From Octopus vulgaris (taxonomy: Eukaryota): a stretch of 64,000 nt of DNA. Location of the stretch: positions 38,874,001 to 38,938,000 of the forward strand of contig OX597837.1 of NCBI GenBank assembly GCA_951406725.2, in the 5' to 3' direction. The stretch's first letter is position 1. Each line of letters opens with the position of its first letter. The position numbers were made by a program, and so were the translations under genes. The notes under the pieces are model-generated. The model made no database searches. It saw only the letters and a list, made by a program, of their open reading frames with translations, and was not told where the DNA came from. Positions 24,753-38,756 of the stretch are shown here, piece by piece.

Positions 24753-27700
24753 TGAGGCATACATAGCTCCAGCTCCTTGCATTTCACACTACTATTGAAA
24801 ATCAGTTAATTGTGAAACCGGTTAAGTAAATGCAACTAAATCTTGTTAAAGATACCAAGTTCATTTTCAATCTTTATCCTCTTTATACCTCCAATGTGTA
24901 AAGAAAACCCTTATGTACACACATACACTGACATGAAACATATATATATATATCATCATCATCATCATCATCATTTAGCGCCCGCTTTCCATGCTGGCAT
25001 GGGTTGGACGGTGCAACTGGGGTCTGGGAAGCCAGAAGGCTGCACCAGGCTTAGTCTGATCTGGCAATGTTTCTACGGCTGGATGCCCTTCCTAACGCCA
25101 ACCACTCCATGAGTGTAGTGAGTGCTTTTTACAAAAGAATAAGTCCCGGGGTCGAGTTGCTCGATTAAAGGCGGTGCTCCAGCATGGCCGCAGTCAAATG
25201 ACTGAAACAAGTAAAATAGTAAAAGAGAGAGAGTTTCTGTTACTTAGGATGTTGTTCCAAAAGCGTAACTGCTAGAATAAGAATAGAATGGGCAAAGTTC
25301 AGAGAGCTACTACCTCTGCTAGTAACGAAGGGGCCTCTTCCTCAGAGTGAAAGGTAGGTTGTGTGACGTCTGTGTATGAACAGCTATGCTACATAGAAGT
25401 GAAACACGGGCTGTGACTACTGAGACTTGAGAGAAATGAAGCCAGTATGCTCTGCTGGATTGGTAATGTCAATGTGCATATATGACAGAGTGTAGGTGAT
25501 TTGTGAGAAAAACTGGATATACAAGGCATGAGATGTAGTGTGCAAGAGAGAAGACTGTGCTGGTACAATCATGTAATGCATATGAATGAAGGGTTGCATC
25601 AAGTGATACCAGTCTCTAATTGTGGAATAAAGTGGTTAGAAAGTAATCTTAAGGCATTGGGCCTAATAGAGGAGATCCCAGAGGTTTGCTGTGCTTGAGG
25701 TGACAAATCAAGCTATGTAAAATCATGGTTGTCCTTGCATACAAGCACGTCCCCTAGATCACTCTTCAGTTGAGTATCCCTAATCTTGAGGGCTTGCAAG
25801 TGCTAGTGTCATGTAAAAAGCACCTATACCTATTTCTTTACTACTCACAAGGGGCTAGACACAGAGGTTACAAACAAGGACAGACAAACAGATTAAGTCG
25901 ATTACATCAACCCCAGTGCGTAACTGGTACTTAATTTATCGACCCCGAAAGGATGAAAGGCAAAGTCGACCTCGGCGGAATTTGAACTCAGAACGTAGCG
26001 GCAGACGAAATACGGCTACGCATTTCACCTGGCGAGCTAACATTTCTGCCAGCTCGCCGCCTTAAAAAGCACCTATACCAGTGCCACATAAAAGCAGCCA
26101 GAACTCTTTGTAAAGTGGTTGGCTTGAGGAAGGGCATCAAGTCATAGAAACCTTGCCTAAACACACAGGGAGCCTGGTCAGTTCTTCAGTTGGTTATCTC
26201 CTGTCAAACCAGCCAACCCATGCAGTATGGAAAACAAACATATGATGATGATGATGATTATGTGATTAAGAATCTCGCTTTGAAACTGAATGGCATTGGG
26301 TTCAGTTCTAGTGCACAGCACCATGGGCAATTGCCCTCTACTATAGCCCCAAGCTGACCAATGCCATGTGAGGGAATTTGGTAGAATGAAATTGCGAGCA
26401 AGCCACTCACTCACACACACACATTCACATGAGTGTGTGTTTGCATTTGTCCCCTTACTACCACTAGACAATCTACTGTTGGTTTGTTTACATCCCCTTA
26501 ACTTAGTGATTAAACAGAAGAAGGGAAAATAAGTTTTGGTTTAAGTTTCTTTAGCTAAGGTGGTGCCCCAGAATGACTGCAGTCCAACGACTGAAAGTGA
26601 AATATAAAAAATGATATACATCATCATCATCACCATTTAGCGTCCGCTTTCCATGCTGGCATGAGTTGGACAGGTCAACTGGGGTCTGGGAAGCCAGAAG
26701 GCTGCACCAGGCCCAGTCTGATCTGGCAATGTTTCTACGGCTGGATGCCCTTCCTAACGCCAACCACTCCATGAGTGCAGTGGGTGCTTTTTACATTTAA
26801 TGTCCGTTTTCTATGCTAGCATGGGTTGGAATATATATATATATATAAATGGCTATTTCTTGCACCAGCTTCACATAGAAGCCTCAGCCCATCTAAAGTG
26901 CCTTGGATTGCAGGACGGCCTGCACTGCTTACCTTGGATCGTAGGGCGACCTGCTGTGCTTGAGGAGACCTATTGAGTCAAGTACATCAACAACAAAAAA
27001 TGAAATGGAAATTGTAATTGTGATACCTGTGCCGGTGGCACGTTAAAAGCACCATCCGAACGTGGCCAATGCCAGAGCCGCCTTGACTGGCTTCCGTGCC
27101 AGTGGCATGTAAAATGCACCAACTGATCATGGCCGTTGCCAGCCTCCCCTGGCACCTGTGCCGGTGGCACGTAAAATGCACCCACTCCACTCACGGAGTG
27201 GTTGGTGTTAGGAAGGGCATCCAGCTGTAGAAACACTGCCAGATCAGACTGGAGCCTGGTCCAGCCTCCTGGCTTCCCAGACCCCGGTTGAACCATCGAA
27301 ACTATACTAGCATGGAAAACGGATGGTAAACGATGATGATGATGATGATATATATAGGAGAATTTGTTTTTGAAAATGCACATGGTTAAATGTTCACAGA
27401 ATTCGATGACAGAGTTAGATAATATCAAAAATGATCTTCAAAGAGTATTAAAAATGTGGATTACTGAAAGTTTGGTCATAACGAGTTATTATAGAATATG
27501 TGGACGAGAGAAAGAAGAAGAGAAGGGAGTAAAAAAAAAAAGATTTGTTTTTACAGTTTCTATCATACATGGCATTCTGCTTTTTGGAATTAGTTTATAT
27601 ACATGTTTTTCCACGAATGGACCTAATTTTTGAATCATTATAATTCTTATGACATCTTATTCTTCCTGGGGGTCAAGTTTGGCATTCTACCTGGTTGACT

Positions 27701-28097
27701 TTGTTGAAGGGAATGGCGATCAATCTTTCCGGTTGGTTCATTCTCTTAAAGGGTCAGTTTGTTTTTTTTACTGAGCATCTGGTTCTGATCAGAGGTAAAA
27801 TTTCATTGGTCTAGAGATAGGTGACATCAACAATTGACGTTTGAGAAGGTGTATGGTGTTATTGTTATCACTACCAGATATATATATATATATTTTGATG
27901 GGTGAATAAATTATCCTATGTTTACTGTCAACATGGAAAATTCGATGAACCGATACCAGGGTAGCAAATTCACATCAGAAACATGGTTGAAGCGACCTAT
28001 CCAAAGGTAGAAACTCTGGGTTCATGTGCAGAAATTTGTGTGTTATATATGAATAAATAAATAAATGGAGTTGAACGATGTTAATAAAATTCTTTTA

Positions 28098-28179
28098 CTT
28101 TCGACATATGTTTCGAAGACAACATGGTTTTATTCCAAAGGAATAAACGGTGTAAGATGCAATCTTCTCATCAGGAAAG
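28098..28179 (-). ncRNA. Type I hammerhead ribozyme motif within a Penelope-like foldback (~28046-28275)
   Basis: Minus strand: ctttc-CTGATGA-gaaga..tcttc-GAAA-catatg-TC-gaaag; perfect stems I and II, palindromic stem III, GUC site. Confidence 0.8.
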
Positions 28180-28826
28180 AAAGGGAGCCTCTCTGTCTTC
28201 GAAACATATGTTGAAAGTAAAGGAATTTTATTAACATCTTCGTTCAACTCCATTTATTTATTTATTCATATATATATATATTTCTTTACTACCCACAAGG
28301 GGCTAAACACAGAGGGGACAAACAAGGACAGACAAAGGGATTAAGTCGATTTACATCGAGACCCAGTACGCCACAGGTACTTTATTTATCGACCCCGAAA
28401 GGATGAAAGGCAAAGTCGACCTCGGCGGAATATGAACTCAGAACGTAACGACAGACGAAATACCGCTAACGTTTCTGCCAGCTTGCCGCCATACATATAT
28501 ATATATAATGAATAAGTGGGGATAGATTCTCCAGGCTGGTATCATTTGAGCGCTCGATTATAATCCGGGTTGTGGCTAACACTGTATTTCATTCAATGGG
28601 TATATACTGGGTTTGCTTCGCAAGATTATCAATATTTTACCATGTGTATATCTAAGACAATTACAATGAATATGGAGATTTGTACATCTGCATATTCTTT
28701 TATTTCCATAGTCAATTGTACAACATATTTGCTTTAAACTTATCCAACACATTTCTGCTGCATAGACATCGAGCAATTGCATTTGCATCTAGTTACTTTC
28801 AACTGATTATTAGTCTGCAACTTTAA

Positions 28827-29047
28827 CCCTTTTGATACCAACCCGGCTGAACCCACCTCTGGCTCTGAGTACAAATGTCTTGTTTTCATAAGTTTTGAAT
28901 TAAAATCTTCCACCAAACCTTAGTCACAATTTATGTTCCTAACACTAGCTTAATAATAACTAAGTTATTTTACTAAATTCTTTGTCACATTTAAAATCAA
29001 TCGAAAGAAACACAGAGCATCTCAACAGAAATATGGTAACAAAAGGG
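28827..29047. mobile_element. piggyBac-type MITE
   Basis: TTAA|CCCTTTT..AAAAGGG|TTAA; same terminal family as 52036-53105. Confidence 0.8.
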
Positions 29048-29171
29048 TTAATCTTTTTCACTCTGTGGAATCTCCACAGGTCCCATTAATATTGATGTTG
29101 AAGATATGAAAGGTGAAGATGACTTCAACAGCAATAAAATCATTCTTCCTTTCTTAAATAGCTTCTCTTAA

Positions 29172-29373
29172 CCCTTTCGTTACCAACCCGGCTGAATCTG
29201 GCTCTGTAGTACAAATGTCTTGTTTTCAAAAGTTCTGAATTAAAATCTTCCACCAAACCTTAGTCACAATTTATGTTCCTAACACGAGCTGAATGATAAT
29301 TAAGTTATTTTACTAAATTATTTATTATATTTAAAGTAATTAAAAGAAGCACATCATCTCAAAATAAATAGGG
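29172..29373. mobile_element. piggyBac-type MITE, second copy
   Basis: TTAA|CCCTTTCGTTACC..GGG|TTAA; body similar to 28827-29047. Confidence 0.75.
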
Positions 29374-29807
29374 TTAAGCAAGGTCCATCCACAGATATGG
29401 TTCAAAATGAACTAAGTGTATGTAGGCTTAGCTAGCATTATTTTCTTAGGTTACTATAGTTTTTGCGTGCAAAGAATGTGACTGAGGGATTTGGAATCCT
29501 GAATTGCTATAAAAACTGCTATGGGGTTGACCTTATCCTGACCCTAGGTTTGAAATTCAAATTGAGACTACTAGATCTTTTAATTCAAAGTATATTATTT
29601 AAAAAGCCTGAGCCTTAATTGGATTATGAATTAGTGATCTTCAGATATTGTGTACAATTATCGGTTACTAAACCAGACATAATTAAATATTGAGGTACAC
29701 CGGATATCCTTTCTCCCACCACCATTAACTGTGTCTATTCTCCCAGACCATCCTCCTCACTGTGCTGTTCTCTACATATTACCTGCACTCTCTCTTTCTC
29801 TATCTCT

Positions 29808-30013
29808 CTACTGAGACAAACACAACTTTATAATGCGCACGTATGTGCCATCAAATTGTCTCACAAACTCTTCATAAGCTTCAGGAGAGTTGTCTTGCCG
29901 TTTGATGCTGCAGAGCCATGACTTCAGTACATTACACATCTCACTTAAGCACTCTTTTCCTTTACTGTCAGAACTGGCTAAGTTCTCAATGTCAACTTGC
30001 ATGCTTATCTCCC
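29808..30013 (-). pseudogene. Antisense exon-like fragment of unknown origin
   Basis: Minus-strand acceptor tttatttttcttgcAG followed by an open 68-codon frame GEISMQVDIENLASSDSKGKECLSEMCNVLKSWL..YEEFVRQFDGTY; no family recognised. Confidence 0.35.
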
Positions 30014-30119
30014 CTGCAAGAAAAATAAACAGGCTGTTTTGGTATTTTTTCTTAGTTTTTTTTTAGTTTTAAAATATTTACTATTAGTTTCCCACCACAA
30101 AATATCAAGAAAATAGACA

Positions 30120-30420
30120 AAAACAGCACCTGTGCTTTGAAGAACTTACTCTATGTCCTCAAATATGGTGGGTGTGATAGAGACTACATAGGTCAGACTA
30201 GTTTGACCTTGAGGGACAGACTGACGGTATACAAGCAACAAATCTGGGACCCCATGACCAGGAAAATTCCCATAAGCAAACACTTAGACCAATGCCCTGC
30301 AAACATAAACCCAAAATACCAAATCGTCTCTCTCTATCAATGCACTGGAAACACTTCAACCCAATTCCAATTGAATAAGGAAAGCATATCATTAAAAATA
30401 TAAACCACAACTAAATATCC
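30120..30420 (+). mobile_element. Penelope-like element GIY-YIG endonuclease fragment
   Basis: KNLLYVLKYGGCDRDYIGQTSLTLRDRL..ISKHL fits the PLE GIY-YIG pattern. Confidence 0.75.
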
Positions 30421-30639
30421 TTTAAAAAGAAGAAAAACACTCAATTTCTCCACAGAAAAAAAGCAATCAGATACACAGACATAATTTGAAAACTTTAGTA
30501 ACAGTTTTCCTCCTATGTTTCAAAACCACAATAACACAATACACTGGAGGTAGGAGCTGGTGTTAGCAGTGTTGTAAGTATAAGCATTATGGTCATCGAA
30601 TGGTGTAGATTTAAGTTGTGTAGCAAAAATATGGATATT

Positions 30640-32888
30640 CCAAAAGAAAGAGGCTTGGAGAAGCTATTATGAAAGACTGTTGAATGTGGAGAATGAATGG
30701 GAGGAGGAGAGCCTGCCAAATGTTGATCCAGTAGAGGGACCAGCTATCCAAATAGATAGCTCCCTTGTAGTTAAGGCAATTAAGGGTATGAAACCAGGTA
30801 AAGCCCCCGGCCCATCGGGAATCACTGCTGAGAGGCTTAAAACAGCAGGTTATGTGGGCTACGGCCTAGTCACCCGTATTGTAAACCAGGTAGTTCATAA
30901 TGGAATCATACCCAATGACTGGCGTAGCAGCACCATAGTCAACTGCTACAAGGGTAAGGGTGATGCTCTTGATAGAAATAACTATAGGGGTATTAAACTG
31001 TTGGACCAGGTGATGAAGGTCACAGAGAGGGTCATAGCCCATCTCATTAGGGAGAGAATTTGCTTAGATGAGATGCAGTTCGGTTTTGTGCTGGGTAGAA
31101 GCACCACTGATGCTATATTCCTGGTCCGACAACTGCAGGAGAAATACCTAGCTAAAGATAAACCCCTCTACATAGCTTTTGTGGACTTGGAGAAAGCCTT
31201 TGACAGGGTCCCCCAATCCCTTATCTGGTGGTCGATGCGGAAACTGGAGATTGATGAATGGCTAATAAGGGCTGTACAGGCCCTATACAGAGAGGCTGTC
31301 GGCAAGGTTAGGATTGGCAACGAATATAGTGAAGAATTCCGGGTAGAAGTAGGTGTACACCAAGGCTCAGCTGTCAGTCCCCTTTTATTCATCATAGTCC
31401 TCCAGGCAATAACAGAGGAATTCAAAACAGGTTGCCCCTGGGAGCTCCTCTATGCTGATGACCTGGCTCTCATAGCAGAATCACTACCTGAACTAGAAAA
31501 GAAATTTCGGGTGTGGAAACAAGAGTTAGAATCAAAGGGCCTTAGAGTAAATATAGCAAAGATCAAAGTTATAGTAAGCAGAAAGGCAAACTCAGCACAC
31601 ACACCATCGGGCAGGTGGCCCTGCTTGATCTGTAGGAAAGGTGTAGGTAGAAACTCCATAAGATGCACCCAGTATAAGCTATGGACGCATAAGAGGTGCA
31701 GCAACATCAAAGGGAAATTAACTGATAAGATAGCAATAGACACCACAAATACTCAGAAAACAGATTCCATCACACTCCAGGGGGAGAAACTAGAAGTAGT
31801 TGATAGTTTCCGCTACCTGGGTGACCAAGTTAGTAGTGGAGGTGGATGCTCAGAGAGTGTCACCACTAGAATACAAATAGCCTGGGCAAAGTTTAGAAAG
31901 CTCCTACCCCTACTGGCGACAAAGGGTCTCTCACTCAGAGTGAAAGGTAGATTGTATGATGCATGTGTGCGAACTGCCATGCTTCACGGTAGTGAAACAT
32001 GGGCCGTGACTATAGAGGACATGCCTTGACTCGAAAGAAATGAAGCTAGCATGATCCGCTGGATGTGTAATGTCAGTGTGCATGCACGACAGAGTGTAAG
32101 CACCCTGAGAGAAATGCTGGACATAAGAAGCATCAGCTGTGGTATACAAGAGCGACGCTTGCGATGGTACGGTCATGTACTTCGGATTGATGAGGAGAGA
32201 TGTGTGAAGAAGTGCCATTCCCAAACAGTTGAAGGAATCAGGGGGAGAGGTAGACCCAGGAAGACATGGGATGAGGTAGCCAAGCATGACCTCAGAACGT
32301 TGGGCCTCATTGAGGCAATGGCGAAGGACCGAGATCTCTGGAGATGTGCTGTGACTGCAAAGACCCGAGCTGCTTCCTGCACCAGTTCCGCATAGCCCCT
32401 GCCCATTCAAAGTACCTTGGATCCCAGAACATCCCGCTGTGCTTGAGGAGACCTGTTGAGTCAAGTACATGAACATCGAAACAAATATCAATGGAAATGG
32501 TAGATGTGATACCTGTGCCGGTGGCACATAAGAAGCACCATCCGAACGTGGCCGATGCCAGCGCCACTTCGACTGGCTTCTGTGCCAGTGGCACATAAAA
32601 AGCACCATCCGAACGTGGCCGATGCCAGCTCCGCCCTGGCTGGCTTCCGTGCCGATGTGATCGTGGCCGATGCCAGACTCCTCTGGCACTTGTGCCGGTG
32701 TCACGTAAAAAGCACCCACTACACTCGCGGAGTGGTTGGCATTAGGAAGGGCATCCAGCTGTAGAAACACTGCCAGATCAGACTGGAGCCTGGTGCAGCC
32801 CGTGGCTTCCCAGACTCCGGTCGAACCATCCAACCCGTGCTAGTGCGGAAAACGGACGTTAAACGTTAAATGATGATGATGATGATGA

Positions 32889-32890
<2 letters not shown>
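30640..32890 (+). mobile_element. 5'-truncated RTE LINE with 3' UTR and (GAT)n tail
   Basis: ORF 30680-32029 (YRGIKLL, QFGF, FVDLEKAFDRVP, LLYADD) and ORF 32051-32395. Confidence 0.93.
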
Positions 32891-32926
<36 letters not shown>

Positions 32927-33379
32927 CAAATAAGAAAATGAAGAAACAAATTCAGTTTGTTCATCAACTTAATGTTGGATTATTTATTCATTTTACAAAT
33001 GAGAACATCAAAAGCATACAAAATATTATATAATACAATAGATAAAATAATAATACAAATAAAATTTCGTTTGTTTTTGATGTTCTCATTTGTAAAATGA
33101 ATAAATAATCCAACATTACAATATCCGTAAATTGATGAACAAACTAAATTTGTTTCTCCATTTTCTTATTTGTATTATAAATTTATGGTAAAAATATTTC
33201 TTTACCTTCACCCGTTTAATACAGTAAATGACTTAATTGTATTGCAATTAAAAACATTTATGTAGTAAGAATCTGGGTACTTTACCAACAGTATATTGGA
33301 TAAATGATATCCCATAGTGGGTTACACCCATAACCCCTATCTTACTTTGTATATATATGTATATATATATATATATATA

Positions 33380-35642
33380 TCTTATTATAAAAGGCAGATT
33401 TTATCTGCCTCCCTTTGTCTCTTATAGAAATCTACAATATAGGATTTCTTCAATTACAATTTACCTAGCATTTTAAAGAGTAGAATACATCGGGTCGTGC
33501 CAGGTACAGTTTTTCAAATTTCACCCCCAATTAAGCAAAATTTCGAGAAAACTCACAATGTGGTGTGTAAGTGAAGTGCTTTTCTTAGTGTGTGCTACAG
33601 CACACACACACACACACACAAATGGAGCGAACTGCTTCACTCATGCTATCACCCTAATTTCTCCTACTTTCTCTTTGCAAGTGTACCTTACAACACTACT
33701 CAAAAAAAAAACAGCAAACAGAAACAAATAAATATATAACGATTTACTCCTCACACAATTTCTTCAATTACAGTTTACCTATGATTTTTACAAGTACTTC
33801 CATTCGGTCATGCCATACAAAATTTCTTTCAATTTCACCCCCAATTAAGACAAAATTCGAGAAAACTCAATTTTTTAACATTTCACTCTTTCACTTTGAA
33901 GCCTTTACTCTGCCTATTACTCCCACTTCCTCTTTACACACATAGACACGCAAATATATAAATAAAATTGTAAGCTAACGTGTGTGTCTGTGTGTGCGTG
34001 TGTGTGTGTGTGTGTGTGCGTGTGTGTGTGTGTGCGTGTGTGAGTGTGTGTGTGTGTGTGACAGGGATGAGCCATTCAGTCTGGTCATCCCTTTTTGCTA
34101 GAAGATCCTCTATGGTCTTATATGCTACACCACTGGTTTTCAGTTCAAGAAGGACTATTCATTATAATACATCAGTTCCACACATTTACCCTGGTTCCAT
34201 TTCGGACAACTGCACAAACATTTGCCATTTCACACATGTATGTAAACAAATTCCTTTCTTAAAAATTTCAATTCAATTTCTTTTTCAATTTACGTTTCTA
34301 TACACTTTACACAAATATTTGATTAAACAACTAAAACATTTCACATTTCGAACATGTACGTAAACTACTTCCTTTCTTGCAAATCTAACTTCATTTTCTT
34401 GCATTTAACTCAAATTTCAATACATTTTACACACTCTGCTCCATACAAAGTTTTTTAGGACGAAAATAAGATCTAAAGTTATCTCTAAGTAGTAGGAAGA
34501 TCGCCCAAAAGTGTATATAGATATTTAAATGTATTTATATATTCATCTATACACAGATGTATGTATAACGTATGTGTATATATTTCCATAGAGGTAAACA
34601 TTCACTCCGCACAAAGTTTTTTAGGACGAAAATAAGATCTAAAGTTATCTCTAAGAAGCAGAAAGATCGCCCAAAAGTGTATATAGATATTTAAATGTAT
34701 TTATATATTCATCTATACACACATGTATGTATAATGTGTGTGTATATATTTCCATAGAGGTAACCATTCACTCCATACAAAGTTTTTTAGGACGAAAATC
34801 TATATATAAAAGAAAGGTTGTGTGTCTGTCTACTCCAATTTACATTCCTAACTAATCCCACATTTTGCGATGCAGTTTAACCAAAAGCGGGTATCTTTTA
34901 GTCGTGATTCATATCAAGCCCTTCTGGGTATTAGCGCGCGTCTACGATGAGTCTACGATTTTAAAAATAATTTACCATCATTTATTTCCATTTTAATGCA
35001 TATTTTTTTAAATAAAGGGAAGTAACTCTCAAACTTCACACCAATATGCGTGCTCATATGCGACGTAATATCACATCAGCAGCTTTTCCTCACACCCTCC
35101 TTGCACTTGCCGAAGGCAAAATACCAGGGGATGAAAATGGTAATATTGCCATCGATTCCATTTGTACCATTGTTAAGACGCCTTCTGATCTCAGAGATGC
35201 AGTGTTCACAGATCTACAAGCTAATTATCAGAATATGGATTGGATTGGCAAAAGGCTATACTGGCCCCGAGGAATAAAACTGTTCACCATATTAATGATG
35301 AAATGCTAAAACTCATTCCTGGGGAAGTCTATGTATATCAGTCTATCGATACAACTCCTGACCCAGACGACGTCATCAACTATCCAATAGAGGTACTCAA
35401 TTCCTTTGAGCACCCCGGACTACCACCACACATTCTCAAACTTAAAGTTGGTGCCCCTATAATGCTCATCAGAAATTTGGTTACCCCAAAACAATGCAAT
35501 GGCACACGTTTGATCGTTAAGTCCTTATCTCCCACCGTAAACTTATATCAATATTTGCCTGAATAATCATCATAATTCAGTGCAATCATTAACAGTACTT
35601 TCAAGCAATTCAGCCCCGAGCAACACCGGGCAATTCTGCTAG
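33380..35642 (+). mobile_element. Non-autonomous Helitron with a PIF1-like helicase remnant
   Basis: A|TC 5' end; 3' imperfect hairpin CCCGAGCAACACCGGG followed by CTAG|T; helicase motifs KAILAPRN, GLPPHILKLKVGAPIMLIRNL..CNGTRL. Confidence 0.88.
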
Positions 35643-35811
35643 TATATATATAAAGGGAAAGTTTCGAAAATAAACAAAAGAATAAGGCAGGTGGTGTATA
35701 AACAAACAGATGTATTAGTATAGCGCACAGGAATAGAAAAAGTCTTTTACGTTTCGAGCCTACGCTCTTCTACAGAAAGGGACACAGAAAAAACAAGGAG
35801 AAAATCATGGC

Positions 35812-36168
35812 GTATATAATGGCAAAATGTCTGTGTGCATGTCCTTTATACAAATCCACAATTTTTCTGTTAGAGGTCTCGCACTTTCTGTGATTATTCA
35901 AATCCATCCAAGGGTGGTCGTGCACATCTTTACATTTCCCTAGTCACCCCGCAAAGCCATTAAAAAATCAATAGAAGTGACTTTTTTTGTGAATTTTCTA
36001 TCCAAAATCCAATCAAAATGCCCGAAACTTGATACGCCAATTGAATGCCAGCTAGCTGTATGTGATTGGTCGGAGATTTGGACAGTACTCACGTGTATGT
36101 GTGCATGCACGCAGCTGTATATGCAGGCACTAACACTATGACCCGGTGTTGCCAGGTCATACTGCTAG
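35812..36168 (+). mobile_element. Short non-autonomous Helitron-like element
   Basis: Ends with hairpin GACCCGGTGTTGCCAGGTC followed by CTAG|T into (TA)n. Confidence 0.6.
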
Positions 36169-36269
36169 TATATATATATATATATATATATCGTGTGTGG
36201 TATGTCATGTTTGCCAGTAAGTCATAAAATGATTTCCAAACATTTTATTTTAGGAGTCACCTATTTCAG

Positions 36270-36336
36270 CTAAGGGGAAAAAAAGGATTACACGTCAAAA
36301 TATCCAACCCAAAGGCAGAAAGACATTGAAGGAAAA
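36270..36336 (+). CDS. Gene B basic linker exon (phase 1->2), AKGKKRITRQNIQPKGRKTLKE
   Basis: tatttcAG acceptor and AA|GTAAGT donor; joins CARD1 (phase 1) to CARD2 (phase 2) in frame. Confidence 0.72.
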
Positions 36337-38704
36337 GTAAGTATTTCTAATATTTTTGATGTTCTAATTCCATTACCGTTGTTGTTGTTGTTGGCAGTGA
36401 TGTTGTTGAACCCAAAGTGAGCCTCAAGCTATGTATATTTATATCCATGTGTATGCTTATATCATCATGGCTCGGCTTCGTGAACGAAGATCAGGAAGGC
36501 TTTCCATGTCGCATGCATGCATGCTCATGACTGAGAAGTCTGATATGGGAAAGGCAGGTCCGTGAGCAGTGTCCACAGACGAAGGTAACATCCGGTGTGG
36601 TGTCAGAGGCGGCTTGCGCCTTCCTCCTGCGTCTCTTGTCTTTAAGCGCGTCTCTTCTTTGTTCCTCAAACTTGCTGTCTGCGTTGAAGATCGTGTGGCG
36701 CCAGACATCACGGTCCGCAGCCAGGTCTGACCAGCATTAAGTCGGCGAGCTGGCAGAAACGTTAGCACGCCAGGCGAAATGCTTAGCGGTATTTCGTCTG
36801 CTGTTACGTTGTGAGTTCAAATTCCGCCGAGGTCGACTTTGCCTTTCATCCTTTTGGGGTCGATAAATTAAGTGCCAGTTACGCACTGGGGTCGATGTAA
36901 TCAACTTAATACCTGTGTCTGTCCTTGTTTGTCCCCTCTGTGTTTAACCCCTTGTGGGTAATGAAGAAATAGGTCCGACCAGCACTGGTGGTTAATTTGA
37001 CATAGAAAACACATATATACACACACACATATATACATGGTGTTTTGGGCTAAATTTTGATGATATTGCCTTCTTTTTCTCAGGAATATCTCGATGTATT
37101 GGTAAACGGTCATCATCATCATCATCGTTTAACGTCCGTTTTTCCATACTGGCATGGGTTGGACGGTTCAAATTGGGTCTGGGTCGCCGGAAGGCTGCAC
37201 CAGGCCCAGTGTGATATGGCAGTGTTTCTACTGCTGGATGCCCTTCCTAACGCCAACCACTTCGTGAGTGTAGTGGGTGCTTTTTACGTGCCACTGGCAC
37301 AGGTGCCAGACAAGGCTGGCAAATGGCCACGATCGAATGGTGCTTTTTATGTGCCACTGGCACACATTTATATACTGTTGTGAAATATTTTAATATATTT
37401 TAATTTTTATGTATTAATTGTATTAATCGAATTATATTTCTATATAATTAATTACAATATGTATTTTGAATCCGCTCTACGATTTAAGGTTTTTCCTTGA
37501 TTTTCTTTATAATGTATACTGAATTCATTTATTTTTGTCGCATGCTTAAGACTGTTATTTGATAAGACCAATGAAACAAATCCATTTTTAAAGGTGTGTA
37601 CTTTAACTAGTTTTGATCAAATTATTATTTCGGTTTTATTTTAACAAAACTGTCCGACGAACGGGAACGTGAAACTCCGAGTAACAGCTTCTGTTGAATT
37701 TCTGCTGCTTTTAAATAAAGCATATTATTCTACTTCTGGTATTTGAGTACTCTCTTTTCCACCTTGTTTCACATTTATGTGCTTACTCCGGTATATATAT
37801 ATATATATATCATCATCATCATATATATATATAGGCGCAGGAGTGGCTGTGTGGTAAGTAGCTTACTAACCAACCACATGGTTCCGGGTTCAGTCCCACT
37901 GCGTGACATCAAAGGACATGTGTAGACTTGAAAGAAATGAAGCTAGCATGATCCGCTGGATGTGTAATGTCAGTGTGCACACACAACAGAGTGCCCTGAG
38001 AGAAATGCTGGACATAAGAAGCATCGGATGTGGTGTGCAAGAGAGACGTCTGCGCTGGTATGGTCATGTACTGCGGATTGATGAGGAGAGATGTGTGAAG
38101 TGCCACTCCCAAACAGTTGAATGTATGCGGGGTAGAAGTAGACCCAGGAAGACATGGGATGAGGTGGTCAAGCATGACCTTCAAACGTTGGGCCTCACAG
38201 AGGCAATGACGAAAGACTGAGACCTCTGGAGATACGCTGTGACTGAGAAGACCCAACAAATCACGTGAGTTCATGGCTGTTTCTGCACCAGCTTCACATA
38301 GAGGCCCTAGCCCTTCCAAAGTACCTTAGATTGCAGGACGGCCTGCTGTGCTTACCTTGGATCGTAGGGTAACCTGCTGTCTTTGAGGAGACCTATTGAG
38401 TCAAGTACATCAACATCAAAATAAATATCAAATGGAAATTGTAGTTGTGATACCTGTGCCAGTGGTACATAAAAAGCACCAACCGATCGTGGCCGTTGCC
38501 AGCCTCTCCTGGCACTTGTGCCAGTGACATGTAAAAAGCACCCACTACACTCTTGGAGTGGTTGGCGTTAGGAAGTGCATCCAGCTGTAGAAATACTGTC
38601 AGATCAGACTGGTGCCTGGTGCAGCCTCCTGGCTTCCCAGACCCCGGCTGAACCATCCAATCCATGCTAGCATGGAAGACAGATGCTAAACGATGATGAT
38701 GATT

Positions 38705-38756
<52 letters not shown>

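Noticed and set aside
27776-27820. Homolog of the 44-nt exon after CARD1 (CATCTGGT..GATAG|GTGACA)
   Set aside because: Weak GAG acceptor and an in-frame TAA; it is not needed, because 36270 already accepts phase 1.
29080-29171. Plus-strand exon GPINIDVEDMK.. after ccacAG
   Set aside because: It lies between two MITEs, has a weak donor and has no paralog support.
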